Assembly (NCBI GenBank): GCA_041650335.1
Contig: JBAZLK010000001.1
Coordinates: forward strand, 100,940 to 164,939
Source of the DNA: Patescibacteria group bacterium
GTDB taxonomy: Bacteria > Patescibacteriota > Patescibacteriia > JAHIZJ01
Direction: 5' to 3'
Length of the DNA: 64,000 nucleotides
Shown here: piece by piece, positions 11,068 to 22,099 of the stretch
Numbering within the stretch: the first letter of the stretch is position 1
Layout of the letters: each line of letters opens with the position of its first letter
Notes under the pieces: generated by a model
What the model was told of the DNA's origin: nothing
Databases searched by the model: none
Seen by the model: the letters and a program-made list of their open reading frames with translations, nothing else
Program-made: the position numbers and the translations under genes

Positions 11068-12138
11068 ATGAAAGATTTCCAGTTTCCATTTGTCAAAACG
11101 AAGGTTGAAGGGTTAACGACGAAATTTAATCTCGAGGATCCGGTCGAACGGCGGAAATATTTTGAAGCCAAGGTCGGCCCCGAGATCGAGAAGATCCGCG
11201 ACTATCTCCATGACGGCACGTTTGTGAGTTTTTTGCTTGGGAAAAAGAATTCCGGCAAGGGTACCTACTCGAAACTTTTTATGGAAGCGATCGGCCACGA
11301 ACATTTGGCGCACGTGTCCATCGGTGACGTCATCCGCAAGGCCGACCAGGACCTGCGCGACCCGGCCAAAAAAGATGCGCTGGTTGCCGAGATGCGTCGG
11401 CGGTATCGGGGGTTTATCACGATCGAAGAAGTCGTCGAAACAATCTTATCGCGCTCGCAGCAGAAGCTGCTCCCAACCGAAGCGATCCTCGCCTTGCTCG
11501 AGATTGAAATCGACCACCTCGAGCACAAAGCTGTCTTCATCGACGGTTTTCCACGCAATATGGATCAGGTTTCGCTCTCCCTCTTTTTCCGCGCCTTGAT
11601 GGGCTATCGCGACGACCCGGACTTCTTTGTCTTCATCGATTTGCCAGAGGCGGTCATTGATGAACGAATGAAGTACCGGGTGATTTGTCCGATCTGCAAG
11701 ACGCCGCGGAACATCCGACTCCTCCGCACCAAGAACGTCGGCTATGACGTGGCCACGAAAGAATTCTATCTGATGTGTGATACGCCCAGCTGTAACCAGG
11801 CTCGGATGATACCGAAAGAAGGGGACAGCCAGGGTATCGAATCGATCCGGGAGCGGATTACCATTGATGATCAGGTCATGCGGTCGCTCCTGGGTTTGCA
11901 GGGCGTACCAAAGGTGTACCTGCGAAACTCGTTGCCCGTTGATCAAGCGCGCGAGTACGTTGACGATTATGAGATTACGCCCGCCTATGCCTATCGCTAT
12001 GACGCTGCCTCGCAGCACGTGAACATAACCGAAGAGCCGTACACCGCGGCTGACGATGACGGGAAGAAATCATACAGCTTGTTGCCGCCGCCGGTGGTCG
12101 TGGCGTTAATCAAGCAAGTTGCTCAAATTCTCCCCTGA
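11068..12138 (+). CDS. Extended adenylate-kinase-like NMP kinase
   Basis: GKKNSGKGT P-loop, DGFPR, Cys-rich LID (CPIC...CDTPSC). Confidence 0.8.
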   Translation: MKDFQFPFVKTKVEGLTTKFNLEDPVERRKYFEAKVGPEIEKIRDYLHDGTFVSFLLGKKNSGKGTYSKLFMEAIGHEHLAHVSIGDVIRKADQDLRDPAKKDALVAEMRRRYRGFITIEEVVETILSRSQQKLLPTEAILALLEIEIDHLEHKAVFIDGFPRNMDQVSLSLFFRALMGYRDDPDFFVFIDLPEAVIDERMKYRVICPICKTPRNIRLLRTKNVGYDVATKEFYLMCDTPSCNQARMIPKEGDSQGIESIRERITIDDQVMRSLLGLQGVPKVYLRNSLPVDQAREYVDDYEITPAYAYRYDAASQHVNITEEPYTAADDDGKKSYSLLPPPVVVALIKQVAQILP

Positions 12139-12265
12139 CCAGAATACGTCAATATCTGGATGAAATAAAAAATCTGGCCGGCAACGGACAGGTTTTTTAC
12201 GCCGGTTTGTCCCCCGGCGATATCATGATATACTAGGAATAGGTTTTTGTACGCGATTGTCCAAT

Positions 12266-12342
12266 TGGTCGGGGTAGTGGGACTCGAACCCACGACCTCA
12301 TGCACCCCATGCATGCGCGCTAGCCAACTGCGCCATACCCCG
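12266..12342 (-). tRNA. tRNA-Pro(GGG)
   Basis: Cloverleaf CGGGGTA...TACCCCG-ACCA, anticodon loop ATGGGGT. Confidence 0.95.
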
Positions 12343-12362
12343 GACAGCTGGAGGCAAAACCG

Positions 12363-12539
12363 TTAGTGCGCTTTTTTTGTCTGGGTTTTCAGACAGCTGG
12401 AACAAACGGACAAGCGCTGACCGTCAATAACACGCGTCTGAAGATTGATGAACTTTCGCCGTTTGGTGGCAATGTTTGAATGACTGCGCGAAACCGAGAC
12501 TGTGGAGCCGCGGTGGCAGAGATCACATGATCGAGACAT
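12363..12539 (-). CDS. rpmB: 50S ribosomal protein bL28
   Basis: MSRSCDLC...SHSNIATKR...NLQ...CSSCLK. Confidence 0.93.
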   Translation of the reverse strand: MSRSCDLCHRGSTVSVSRSHSNIATKRRKFINLQTRVIDGQRLSVCSSCLKTQTKKAH

Positions 12540-12605
12540 ACGGAATTTGTTTAGCAATATAATCAACCGTCAGAATATCACATCGGCTATAAATAATCAA
12601 GTCTC

Positions 12606-13226
12606 ATGCTCATCCAATATTTATTTCAAAACCCAAGCTACTTCATCACCTGGTTATTCGCGATCGTTGTCGGTATCAGCGTGCACGAGTTCTTCCACGC
12701 CTGGGCAGCTTATCTGCAGGGCGATCGGACGGCGCAATACGCCGGCCGGCTCACCTTAAATCCGCTCGCCCACCTGGATCCGCTCGGCAGCGCCATGCTG
12801 TTGTTCCTCGGTTTTGGCTATGGTAAGCCTGTACCCTTTAATCCGAATAACCTCCGCAACCGTCAATATGGCCCGGCTCTCGTTGGAGCGGCCGGCCCGT
12901 TTTCAAACCTTCTCATGATTTTCGTGTTTGGTCTAACGCTTCGATTTTTGCTGCCGGTCCTCGGTGATAGCAACCTCCTGTCACTCTTTCTCTATAATCT
13001 CGTCCAGGTGAATGTCATTTTGCTCGTGTTTAATCTTTTTCCTATCCCGCCGCTCGATGGTTCAAAAGTCCTTTTTGCCATCTTGCCGAAATCGCTGGAA
13101 AATGTACGGATATTCCTTGAGCAGTATGGTCCGTGGGTCCTCTTGGCGCTGCTCTTCTTTGGGCAAGGCATTTTCACCCCGATTTTTGATTATTTCCGCA
13201 ATCTTTCCCACCTCCTCATTATCTAA
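12606..13226 (+). CDS. Site-2 protease family (M50) membrane metalloprotease
   Basis: HEFFH and NLFPIPPLDG motifs. Confidence 0.93.
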   Translation: MLIQYLFQNPSYFITWLFAIVVGISVHEFFHAWAAYLQGDRTAQYAGRLTLNPLAHLDPLGSAMLLFLGFGYGKPVPFNPNNLRNRQYGPALVGAAGPFSNLLMIFVFGLTLRFLLPVLGDSNLLSLFLYNLVQVNVILLVFNLFPIPPLDGSKVLFAILPKSLENVRIFLEQYGPWVLLALLFFGQGIFTPIFDYFRNLSHLLII

Positions 13227-13308
13227 TAATTTACAGCTTGCTTCGGTAATTCAAGTCTGCCTGGCGCGGCGCATTTGATCGACGATCGGCGCCGGCCGGA
13301 GTTCAGGG

Positions 13309-13337
13309 TTGACGCGCGCTGAAACGCGTGGTATTCT
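13309..13337 (+). promoter_or_regulatory. sigma70 promoter of rpsL operon
   Basis: TTGACG-17-TATTCT with extended TG. Confidence 0.6.
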
Positions 13338-13376
13338 GTGGGGGAAATTCTTGTTAACGAATTTTAAAAGGTCTCG

Positions 13377-13796
13377 ATGCCAACAATTCACCAGCTTGTC
13401 CGAAAAGGACGAAAAACCATTAGCAAAAAGTCAAAGACGCCGGCCCTGCGGAGCGTTTTAAATGCCTTAAAGCGCCGACGGGCGGATTTACCGAAGGGGA
13501 GTCCGTTTAAACGCGGGGTGTGCGTTAAAGTGACCACCATGACGCCAAAAAAGCCGAACTCGGCCTTGCGGAAAATTGCCCGTGTGAAGCTCTCGAACGG
13601 CATGGAGGTGACGGCCTATATCCCTGGGATTGGCCACAATCTTCAAGAACACTCGATTGTTCTGCTGCGCGGCGGACGCGTGAAAGATCTGCCGGGCGTC
13701 CGTTATCACGTCATCCGCGGCGTGTACGATACCCTGGGCGTGGAAGGTCGGAAACAGGGCCGAAGCCTCTACGGTGCGAAACGTGAAAAATCCTAA
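13377..13796 (+). CDS. rpsL: 30S ribosomal protein uS12
   Basis: [22 protein letters not shown]. Confidence 0.99.
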   Translation: MPTIHQLVRKGRKTISKKSKTPALRSVLNALKRRRADLPKGSPFKRGVCVKVTTMTPKKPNSALRKIARVKLSNGMEVTAYIPGIGHNLQEHSIVLLRGGRVKDLPGVRYHVIRGVYDTLGVEGRKQGRSLYGAKREKS

Positions 13797-13809
13797 ATTG
13801 TAACATATT

Positions 13810-14274
13810 ATGCGATCAAAACGAGCTCCAAAAAAGATACTCTTACCGGATCCGAAATTCAATAACTTGACGATTTCGAAATTTGTGAATCACGTCATGG
13901 AGCGCGGTAAGAAAACCGTTGCCCAAGGGATCGTTTACGATATGTTTGAAGCGATTTCCCGGCAGACCAAGAAAGACCCGCTGGACGTTTTCGATCTCGC
14001 GATCAGGAATGTAACACCCCTCTTGGAAGTAAAATCGCGACGGATCGGTGGTGCCAACTATCAGATCCCGATGGAGGTGCGCGGCGACCGGAAAATGTAT
14101 CTGGCTATGAACTGGATCATCGGCGCTGCCAAAGCGAAAAAGGGAAAGCCGATGTCTGAACGGCTCGCCGAGGAAATTACTGCAGCCGCCGAAAACCAAG
14201 GCGACGCGATTAAGAAAAAAGAAGATGTCCATCGGATGGCGGAAGCAAACCGAGCCTTTGCCCATTTTGCCTAA
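13810..14274 (+). CDS. rpsG: 30S ribosomal protein uS7
   Basis: RRIGGANYQIP, MAEANRAFAHF. Confidence 0.99.
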   Translation: MRSKRAPKKILLPDPKFNNLTISKFVNHVMERGKKTVAQGIVYDMFEAISRQTKKDPLDVFDLAIRNVTPLLEVKSRRIGGANYQIPMEVRGDRKMYLAMNWIIGAAKAKKGKPMSERLAEEITAAAENQGDAIKKKEDVHRMAEANRAFAHFA

Positions 14275-14278
14275 GGGT

Positions 14279-14926
14279 ATGAAATATAAACGACCGGTCT
14301 ACCTTTTTTTAATTGTTATTCTGGTCGCGCTTGTTACGTACGGGATTTTATATACTCGGAAACACGTCGAGACAAAAACCTCGTTTTCAGACTTCCAGCT
14401 ACAAAATCCGTCGGAACGCGACGCCGCGTTTTCCGCTCGTTTGGCTGAAGCTATAGATAAAGCCACCGCGGAATGGCACAGCGATGCGGCCTTAGTGGCC
14501 GTTAACATCGTTTTTAATGGCGCAAAAATATCTGACATGAATCCTCCGGTTGCCTTCTTTGTTTCAGAGGAGGACCAGTACGCGCACGACTACACCATAG
14601 AATTCAAATCCGATTTTAGCGCCCTCGGTTTAGCGGAAGAGACAGAAAAGTCGCAAAGTTATCAGGAGACGCTCTATACCGAATTTTTTCCCGAGGACTA
14701 TAAACTTGGCTACGCTCAAATTCTTGAAATTGCCGACGGACTGGGCGGCGCAAATTTCCGTTCGCAGCACCCGTTGTCGCAGTTATTACTCGAGCTATCG
14801 AAAAACCCTCAGTACGGCGTCGAGTGGTCGCTATATTATACGGATATAAAAGACGGGAAAAAGGGCGCGACCTACAATCTCTTTTTCGATGCCACAACCG
14901 GACGATTAAAAAAATCTAATTCCTAA
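14279..14926 (+). CDS. Hypothetical membrane-anchored exported protein (PepSY-like C-terminus)
   Basis: N-terminal TM helix; ends W..Y...FDATTG. Confidence 0.7.
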   Translation: MKYKRPVYLFLIVILVALVTYGILYTRKHVETKTSFSDFQLQNPSERDAAFSARLAEAIDKATAEWHSDAALVAVNIVFNGAKISDMNPPVAFFVSEEDQYAHDYTIEFKSDFSALGLAEETEKSQSYQETLYTEFFPEDYKLGYAQILEIADGLGGANFRSQHPLSQLLLELSKNPQYGVEWSLYYTDIKDGKKGATYNLFFDATTGRLKKSNS

Positions 14927-14947
14927 TACGAATAAAGGAGAATTAAC

Positions 14948-17035
14948 GTGCCACGCGAGTACACGCTAGAAAAAACACGCAACATTGGAATCATTGCCCA
15001 CATTGATGCCGGGAAGACGACAGTCAGCGAACGGATATTATTTTATACGGGCAAAAAACATAAGATCGGCGAGGTCCATGAGGGCGAGGCGGAGATGGAC
15101 TGGATGGAACAGGAACGAGAGCGGGGTATTACGATCACCGCCGCCGCCACCACCTGTTTCTGGAAAGATCACCGGATTAACATTATTGATACGCCGGGAC
15201 ATATCGATTTTACCGTCGAGGTGCAGCGTAGCTTGCGCGTTCTCGATGGCGGCGTGGTCGTGTTTGACGGCGTGGCCGGCGTTGAACCGCAGTCCGAGAC
15301 CGTCTGGCATCAAGCGGAAAAGTTTAAAGTACCCTTGATCGCGTTTGTGAATAAACTGGACCGGACAGGCGCGGATTTTTACGCCGACGTGGCATCTATT
15401 CATGAGCGTTTAACGCCGAACGCCCATCCGTTGCAGCTGCCGATCGGCGCCGAGGATAAATTCAAAGGCATCATCGACCTTTTTGCTATGCAAGCCAGGC
15501 TCTATAAAGATGAGCTGGGCAAAGAATGGGAAGACACAGAGGTACCGGCGGAATTGCTCGAAAAAGCCAAGGAATACCGGGCTAAACTCGTCGAAGCCAT
15601 CGCCGAACACGACGATGAGCTTTTGCCGCGGTTTCTTGACGGTAAGGAAATATCCGTCGAGGACCTGAAACGCGTCTTACGGAAAGCAACCATTGAGAAT
15701 AAAATCGTTCCGATATTATGCGGTTCGGCGTTGAAGAACAAAGGCGTCCAGTTTTTGCTTGACGCGGTCAATGATTATCTGCCGTCGCCGCTCGATGTGC
15801 CGCCGGTGAAGGGGAGTAATCCGAAGACCAAGGCGGAAGAGGAACGGCCAGCTGACGATAGCGCGCCATTTGCGGCCCTGGCATTCAAGGTCGCCAGCGA
15901 CCCGTATGTCGGCAAACTGTGTTTCTTCCGGGTGTATTCCGGGAAGATGGGAGCCGGTTCGTATGTTTTGAATACCTCGACCGGAGAGAAGGAGCGTATC
16001 GGCCGGATCGTCCGAATGCACGCCAACGATCGCGAAGAAGTCTCCGAGGTCTTCGCCGGCGATATCGCCGGCGCCGTCGGGTTAAAACGCACCGCCACCG
16101 GCCAGACACTCTGCGATCCCGATCATCCGATCGTGCTTGAATCGATTAATTTCCCCGAACCCGTCATTTCCATGGCGATTGAGCCGAAGACAAAAGCCGA
16201 CCAAGAAAAGATGGGCTTGGCGTTGGCGCGCTTAGTCGAAGAAGATCCGACCTTCCGGGTACGGACGGACGAGGAAACCAACCAAACCATTATTGCCGGT
16301 ATGGGCGAGCTTCATTTGGAAATCATCGTTGACCGGATGAAGCGGGAGTTCAACGTCCAGGCCAACACCGGCAGCCCCCAGGTCGCCTATAAAGAAACCA
16401 TTCTCGGCCAGGCTGAAGCCGAGGGGAAATATATCAGACAATCGGGCGGACGCGGCCAATACGGCCATTGCTGGCTGCGCGTCCAGCCGCTGGAACGAGG
16501 CAAAGGATTCGAATTTATCGACGAGGTGAAGGGCGGCGTCATCCCGAAAGAATATATTATGCCAATTCAGAAGGGCGTTGTGGAAGCATTGGCCAACGGC
16601 GTAGTCGCCGGCTATCCGATGGTTGATGTGATGGCGACCGTCTATGACGGCAGCTACCACGAAGTCGATTCGTCTGAGGCGGCTTTTAAAATTGCCGGTT
16701 CGATTGCCGTCCAGGAGGCGTGCCGTCGAGCCAAGCCGATTCTCCTTGAACCGATTGTGAAGGTCGAGGTCATCGTGCCGGAGCAGTATATGGGCGAGGT
16801 GATTGGTGATCTCAATTCAAAGCGCGGACAGATCCAGGAAATGCGTGATCGCGGCAACATGAAGATTATCGACGCGAAAGTACCGCTCGCCGAAATGTTC
16901 GGTTACGCCACGCAGCTTCGATCGATGACTCAGGGTCGCGGCACGTATAATATGGAATTTGAAGAGTACAGTCAGGTACCGCACGCGATCGCCGAGCAAT
17001 TGCGCGAAGGCTATATCGCCAAGAAAAATGAATAA
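14948..17035 (+). CDS. fusA: Elongation factor G
   Basis: [18 protein letters not shown]; SD AAGGAG. Confidence 0.99.
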   Translation: MPREYTLEKTRNIGIIAHIDAGKTTVSERILFYTGKKHKIGEVHEGEAEMDWMEQERERGITITAAATTCFWKDHRINIIDTPGHIDFTVEVQRSLRVLDGGVVVFDGVAGVEPQSETVWHQAEKFKVPLIAFVNKLDRTGADFYADVASIHERLTPNAHPLQLPIGAEDKFKGIIDLFAMQARLYKDELGKEWEDTEVPAELLEKAKEYRAKLVEAIAEHDDELLPRFLDGKEISVEDLKRVLRKATIENKIVPILCGSALKNKGVQFLLDAVNDYLPSPLDVPPVKGSNPKTKAEEERPADDSAPFAALAFKVASDPYVGKLCFFRVYSGKMGAGSYVLNTSTGEKERIGRIVRMHANDREEVSEVFAGDIAGAVGLKRTATGQTLCDPDHPIVLESINFPEPVISMAIEPKTKADQEKMGLALARLVEEDPTFRVRTDEETNQTIIAGMGELHLEIIVDRMKREFNVQANTGSPQVAYKETILGQAEAEGKYIRQSGGRGQYGHCWLRVQPLERGKGFEFIDEVKGGVIPKEYIMPIQKGVVEALANGVVAGYPMVDVMATVYDGSYHEVDSSEAAFKIAGSIAVQEACRRAKPILLEPIVKVEVIVPEQYMGEVIGDLNSKRGQIQEMRDRGNMKIIDAKVPLAEMFGYATQLRSMTQGRGTYNMEFEEYSQVPHAIAEQLREGYIAKKNE

Positions 17036-17058
17036 GTAGTAACCCAAAGGAGGAAACC

Positions 17059-17610
17059 ATGGCCAGATTGCGCATTAAACCAATTAACGGCATCATCATT
17101 CTTCTTCTGTTAGCCATCGGGGGTGGGTATGGAATTTATACCATGGCGAGCGTAACTGACCAGGCGCAACTCGGTCTGCGGGTGATCAGTCGGAATATTC
17201 CCTCCAACGGAAACGCCGCGGGTGAAGCAAATACGTACGTGAACACTCAGTACGGCATTCAACTGACGCAGCCAGACGGTTGGAACGTAGTTGAAACGAC
17301 ACCGATCGGCCTTACTGAGGCGGCGCTGACGGTGACGCTCACTGATCCGCTGTCGACAAATCGAATGATTTTTTCAATTTTGCAACCGTCTATGAAAGAA
17401 ACGCTGCGGAGTTCGCTCAGCATCGAAAGCGAAGGAACGGCCATGCTTGGCACGCTCACGGCTGAAAAATGGGTCGGTGAAGACCAAAAGGATGGTTCGC
17501 CGGTAACCATTGTCACCGCCGAATCCAATGGACGGCTTTACGAAGTAACAAGCTATGCGCCAGCTGAAACGCTTGACAGTTTTCTCTCAGCGTTTAAGAT
17601 AGTACAATAG
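17059..17610 (+). CDS. Hypothetical membrane-anchored protein (PsbP-like fold)
   Basis: TM helix; TYVNTQYGIQLTQPDGW; ends FLSAFKI; strong SD. Confidence 0.7.
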   Translation: MARLRIKPINGIIILLLLAIGGGYGIYTMASVTDQAQLGLRVISRNIPSNGNAAGEANTYVNTQYGIQLTQPDGWNVVETTPIGLTEAALTVTLTDPLSTNRMIFSILQPSMKETLRSSLSIESEGTAMLGTLTAEKWVGEDQKDGSPVTIVTAESNGRLYEVTSYAPAETLDSFLSAFKIVQ

Positions 17611-17676
17611 GTAAAACAAACACTAAGCAAATATTAGCCAAATAATAGCAATATAGGAGTAAGTACCTACCCATAC

Positions 17677-17705
17677 TTGTCAAAAAACAAACCCTTTGCT
17701 ATAAT
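17677..17705 (+). promoter_or_regulatory. sigma70 promoter of tuf
   Basis: TTGTCA-17-TATAAT with extended TG. Confidence 0.65.
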
Positions 17706-17786
17706 CAGTTGTGCTAATATATTTTCTAAGAATAATAAGCATTTCGCGGGTATATCAACGCCCGTGACAATTAGAGGAGTATCATT

Positions 17787-18971
17787 ATGGCAGAAAAATT
17801 TGAGCGAACTAAGCCGCACGTCAACGTCGGAACGATCGGACACGTTGATCATGGAAAAACAACGTTGACCGCGGCCATCCTGAGCGTTTTGCGCTCCAAA
17901 GGGATGAAAGCTCAAGAAAAGTCCGTCGACCAAATCGATAACGCGCCCGAGGAACGGGAGCGCGGTATTACCATTGCGACGGCGCACGTCGAATACGAAA
18001 CCGATAAACGGCACTACGCCCATATCGACTGTCCGGGTCATGCTGATTATATCAAGAATATGATTACCGGCGCTGCCCAGATGGACGGGGCGATTCTGGT
18101 CGTTTCCGCGGCTGACGGCCCCATGCCCCAGACGCGTGAACACATTCTGCTGGCCCGCCAAACCGGCGTACCGGCGATTGTGGTTTTCTTGAATAAAGTC
18201 GATCAAGTTGATGACAAAGAGCTGATTGACTTGGTTGAGGTTGAAATCCGCGATCTCTTGAAGAAATACAAATACCCTGGCGACAAGATCCCGGTCATCA
18301 AGGGTTCGGCCCTGAAAGCGCTCGAAGGCGATGCGGATGCGCAAAAGTCTATTATGGAGTTGATTGAGGCGCTCGACAGCTATATTCCGGAGCCTGAACG
18401 CCCGGTTGACCAACCCTTCCTGATGCCGATTGAGGATATTTTCTCGATTGAAGGCCGCGGCACGGTTGTGACCGGCCGGATCTCCAGTGGCACAATCAAA
18501 CTGAACGAAGACGTGGAAATTGTGGGCATTAAACCGACGCAAAAGACAGTCGTAACCGGCATTGAAATGTTCAACAAATCGTTGGACGAAGGCCGGGCTG
18601 GCGACAACGCCGGACTGCTCCTGCGCGGCACGAAGAAAGAGGATGTTGAACGAGGACAGGTCTTGGCCAAGCCGGGCTCGATCACCCCACACACTGAATT
18701 TGAGGCTGAGGTCTATATTCTGACCAAAGAAGAGGGTGGACGCCATACCCCGTTTTTCACTGGTTATAAGCCCCAATTCTATATCCGCACGACCGATGTA
18801 ACAGGCGATGTCACCTTGCCGGAAAAGACCGAAATGGTCATGCCCGGCGATACGGTAAACATTATCGTGAAACTCATCGCCCCGGTAGCGCTTCAGGAAA
18901 AGGTGAGCTTCTCGATTCGCGAAGGCGGACACACGGTGGGCGCAGGCGTTGTAACAAAAATAATTAAATAA
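17787..18971 (+). CDS. tuf: Elongation factor Tu
   Basis: [21 protein letters not shown]. Confidence 0.99.
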   Translation: MAEKFERTKPHVNVGTIGHVDHGKTTLTAAILSVLRSKGMKAQEKSVDQIDNAPEERERGITIATAHVEYETDKRHYAHIDCPGHADYIKNMITGAAQMDGAILVVSAADGPMPQTREHILLARQTGVPAIVVFLNKVDQVDDKELIDLVEVEIRDLLKKYKYPGDKIPVIKGSALKALEGDADAQKSIMELIEALDSYIPEPERPVDQPFLMPIEDIFSIEGRGTVVTGRISSGTIKLNEDVEIVGIKPTQKTVVTGIEMFNKSLDEGRAGDNAGLLLRGTKKEDVERGQVLAKPGSITPHTEFEAEVYILTKEEGGRHTPFFTGYKPQFYIRTTDVTGDVTLPEKTEMVMPGDTVNIIVKLIAPVALQEKVSFSIREGGHTVGAGVVTKIIK

Positions 18972-19018
18972 AGTACGTCGGAGCGATAACCCGGAACATT
19001 AACAAGTTGAGCGAAGGT

Positions 19019-19357
19019 ATGCCACAAGAGACGAAGAACGGTGCAGTCGAAGAGAAACAGCGGATTCGGATAAAGATCCGGGCTTATGATCACAAAATCA
19101 TTGATCAGTCGACCCGGACGATTATTGATACCGCCGAGCGGAGCGGTGCCCAAGTAAACGGCCCGATTCCGCTGCCGACGGAAAAAAGCAAGTATACTGT
19201 TATTCGCTCTCCCTTCGTTCACAAAAACTCCCGCGAGCAGTTTGAGATGCGCGTGCACAAGCGGTTGATCGATATCATTAATCCAACCGCGAAAACCGTC
19301 GATTCACTGATGAGTCTCAATTTGCCAGCGGGCGTCGACATCGAAATTAAAATGTAA
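19019..19357 (+). CDS. rpsJ: 30S ribosomal protein uS10
   Basis: [24 protein letters not shown]. Confidence 0.98.
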   Translation: MPQETKNGAVEEKQRIRIKIRAYDHKIIDQSTRTIIDTAERSGAQVNGPIPLPTEKSKYTVIRSPFVHKNSREQFEMRVHKRLIDIINPTAKTVDSLMSLNLPAGVDIEIKM

Positions 19358-19377
19358 CTTCGACAAGAGAATATCGG

Positions 19378-19409
19378 CCTACCTACGCGCAGACGCTTCG
19401 GTGGGCAGG
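19378..19409. repeat. REP-like palindromic element
   Basis: CCTACCTAC...GTGGGCAGG imperfect inverted repeat in the rpsJ-rplC spacer. Confidence 0.5.
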
Positions 19410-19418
19410 TAAATAGGT

Positions 19419-19545
19419 TCTGAGGATGATAATACACGTTCTCGCGCCAACGGGTGTTTGAACAGCCAATCCTCAGATAACGATTTGCCAGCGTAAAAAG
19501 ACCGGAGCATTCTGGATTTTTCCTGGCGTACCCGGTTTTTTTGTT
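19419..19545 (+). promoter_or_regulatory. Structured leader/attenuator upstream of rplC
   Basis: TCTGAGGAT/ATCCTCAGA stem followed by AAAAAGACCGG...CCGGTTTTTTT terminator-like hairpin. Confidence 0.45.
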
Positions 19546-19554
19546 ACCACAACA

Positions 19555-20166
19555 ATGAAATTCATTCTCGGAAAAAAAATAGGCATGTCCCAGCGGTTTC
19601 TGGAAAACGGCAACGTTGTTCCAGTGACCGTGGTTCAGGCTGGCCCATGTGTCGTCGCGACCGTCCGAACGAAGGACACGGACGGGTATCAAGCGGTTCA
19701 GCTTGGTTTCGGCGAGAAAAAACGCCTCTCCAAACCGCTGAAGGGCAGCCTCAAGGATTTACCGTTATTGCGCTATCTCCGTGAATTCCGAGTTGAAGCC
19801 GACGCAACCTATAAAAAGGGCGACAAAATTACCGTTGAGACATTTGCGGTCGGCGATACGATAAAAGTCACCGGTACGGCCAAAGGAAAGGGATTTCAGG
19901 GCGTGGTCAAACGGCATCATTTCGGCGGCGGTCCAGCGTCCCATGGCCATAAGGATAATCTCCGCGCCCCTGGTTCAATCGGGGCAACCAACGCCGGCCA
20001 CGTGTTTAAAGGCACTCGGATGGCTGGGCGGATGGGCGGCCAAACGACAACCCTGCGCAATTTGACAGTTGTTGAAGTGGATGTGACCAAGAACCTTTTG
20101 TTTATTAAAGGCGCAGTACCGGGTGCCCGACATGCGCTTTTGAAAATTCAGACTATTGAGAAATAG
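19555..20166 (+). CDS. rplC: 50S ribosomal protein uL3
   Basis: GKKIGM, KGKGFQG, RAPGSIG. Confidence 0.98.
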   Translation: MKFILGKKIGMSQRFLENGNVVPVTVVQAGPCVVATVRTKDTDGYQAVQLGFGEKKRLSKPLKGSLKDLPLLRYLREFRVEADATYKKGDKITVETFAVGDTIKVTGTAKGKGFQGVVKRHHFGGGPASHGHKDNLRAPGSIGATNAGHVFKGTRMAGRMGGQTTTLRNLTVVEVDVTKNLLFIKGAVPGARHALLKIQTIEK

Positions 20167-20168
20167 CC

Positions 20169-20801
20169 ATGCTGGAAATCGAGATAAAAGATCACGCCGG
20201 GAAGAACGTTGGCCAGACAAAACTGGATCCGAAAATTTTTGATGTTCCGGCGAACCCCGAAGTGATCTACCAAGTTACGGTAGCCTATCAAGCGAACAGC
20301 CGCCATCCGATCGCTCATACGAAAGATCGTTCCGAGGTGCGCGGCGGCGGACGCAAGCCCTGGAAGCAGAAGGGGACTGGTCGCGCCCGGCAAGGCTCGA
20401 TCCGATCACCGCAGTGGCGTGGTGGCGGCGTAGTCTTTGGTCCGCGCAATACCCGGAACTTTTCAAAGCTGGTGAACAGAAAGGTCAAACGCTTGGCGCT
20501 GTTTATGTCATTGAGCGAACGATTGCGCCATAAAAAAATGACCGTCCTGCAAACCATCGAAATGGCCAAACCAAAAACAAAAACAATCGCCACAATTTTG
20601 AAAAACCTGAAAATTACCGGCGCGCTCTTGGTCATTCCAAAGAAGGATGACGCCATCCAGCGCTCAGTCAGAAACCTGCCAAAATGCAGTGTTTTGCCGG
20701 CAAACAGCCTCAATGCCTACGAAGTATTGAAATACCGACAGCTGATTATTCTCGAACCGGCCCTGCCCGAGATATCGAAACACTTTCTTCACGCCAACTA
20801 A
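20169..20801 (+). CDS. rplD: 50S ribosomal protein uL4
   Basis: KPWKQKGTGRARQGS. Confidence 0.98.
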   Translation: MLEIEIKDHAGKNVGQTKLDPKIFDVPANPEVIYQVTVAYQANSRHPIAHTKDRSEVRGGGRKPWKQKGTGRARQGSIRSPQWRGGGVVFGPRNTRNFSKLVNRKVKRLALFMSLSERLRHKKMTVLQTIEMAKPKTKTIATILKNLKITGALLVIPKKDDAIQRSVRNLPKCSVLPANSLNAYEVLKYRQLIILEPALPEISKHFLHAN

Positions 20802-20804
20802 TTT

Positions 20805-21266
20805 ATGGGAATATTAGATCGATTCAAAAAGAAATCCCCGACCCAACCCGCCCCGCGCCAACCGGAACGGAAGATTGAAGCTGTTGAAAAAAAGACCGCT
20901 GAGGTTAAAAAGGCGGAACCGAAGAAGGCTGAACTGAAAAAAACACCCGTTCGTCCGACACACGTGGCCAAGAAGAAACATCCTGAATCGGAACGGTCAA
21001 TCATAAAGCCGATCATTACTGAAAAAGCGACGAATCTGGGCGCTGACAGAAAATATATATTTGAAGTAGCAACCGGCGCGAATCGGATTGAGATCGCCAA
21101 GGCGGTTGAAAGCCTCTATGGCGTCCAGCCGCTGAAAGTGAATATTATTAGACAGGGTGGCAAACAGATACGCTATGGACGAGCTGAAGGACGGACCAAG
21201 GACAGAAAAAAAGCGATTGTGACGTTACGAGAAGGGGAGAGCATTAAAATCCAAGACGGAGTTTAA
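20805..21266 (+). CDS. rplW: 50S ribosomal protein uL23 with ~60-aa N-terminal extension
   Basis: PIITEKA...KKAIVTL core; gene order. Confidence 0.96.
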   Translation: MGILDRFKKKSPTQPAPRQPERKIEAVEKKTAEVKKAEPKKAELKKTPVRPTHVAKKKHPESERSIIKPIITEKATNLGADRKYIFEVATGANRIEIAKAVESLYGVQPLKVNIIRQGGKQIRYGRAEGRTKDRKKAIVTLREGESIKIQDGV

Positions 21267-21268
21267 TA

Positions 21269-22096
21269 ATGGCAATAAAACGCTACAAACCACATACCCC
21301 GGGCCGCCGCCATGCCAGCGTCATTCATGAACCCGGCCAACACAGCCAGCGTCCGACGCGGAGCCTGCTTGAAGTACTGAAGAAACATAGCGGTCGAAAT
21401 CAGCAAGGTATTATCACGGTGCGACACCGCGGCGGTGGTCATAAGCGTTTCTATCGAATGGTCGATTTTCGGCGGCAGCGATTTGATGCGCCAGCCACGG
21501 TCCGTTCCATCGAATACGATCCGAACCGCACGGCGCACATCGCCCTGATCGAATATCCCGATAAAACGAAAAGCTATATCATTGCCCCGCAAGGCCTGAA
21601 GGTGAACGACCAGGTGGTATCGTCAAAACAGAAAGTGGAAATTCAGGTAGGCAATCGCATGCCGCTCGAGCATATTCCCGTCGGCTTGATGGTTCACGAT
21701 ATTGAATTGATTCCCGGCAGTGGTTCGACGGTCGTACGTTCGGCCGGCGCCGGCGCGAATTTGATGAACTTGGAAGGAAATTTTGCCCAGCTGAAACTTC
21801 CCTCGGGCGAACTGCGGCTGTTCCCGAAAACCTGTCTCGCGACCATTGGCACGGTCAGTAACGCTGATCTGAAGAATATTCGGCTCGGCAAAGCCGGACG
21901 CATGCGCTGGCTCGGCATCCGGCCGACAGTTCGCGGCAAAGTCATGAATCCGGTCGACCATCCGCACGGCGGCGGCGAAGGAAAATCGCCAATTGGCTTG
22001 AAGCATCCGAAAACTCCGTGGGGCAAACCAGCCTTGGGCGTGAAAACGCGACGCCATAAACCCTCGGACCGGCTTATTCTTAAACGAAGGCGCTAA
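21269..22096 (+). CDS. rplB: 50S ribosomal protein uL2
   Basis: [13 protein letters not shown]. Confidence 0.99.
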   Translation: MAIKRYKPHTPGRRHASVIHEPGQHSQRPTRSLLEVLKKHSGRNQQGIITVRHRGGGHKRFYRMVDFRRQRFDAPATVRSIEYDPNRTAHIALIEYPDKTKSYIIAPQGLKVNDQVVSSKQKVEIQVGNRMPLEHIPVGLMVHDIELIPGSGSTVVRSAGAGANLMNLEGNFAQLKLPSGELRLFPKTCLATIGTVSNADLKNIRLGKAGRMRWLGIRPTVRGKVMNPVDHPHGGGEGKSPIGLKHPKTPWGKPALGVKTRRHKPSDRLILKRRR

Positions 22097-22099
22097 GCT

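Noticed and set aside
17667-18932. 421-aa ORF antisense to tuf (and similar ones opposite dnaK, fusA, aspS)
   Set aside because: Typical shadow ORFs caused by codon bias of conserved genes; no recognisable motifs
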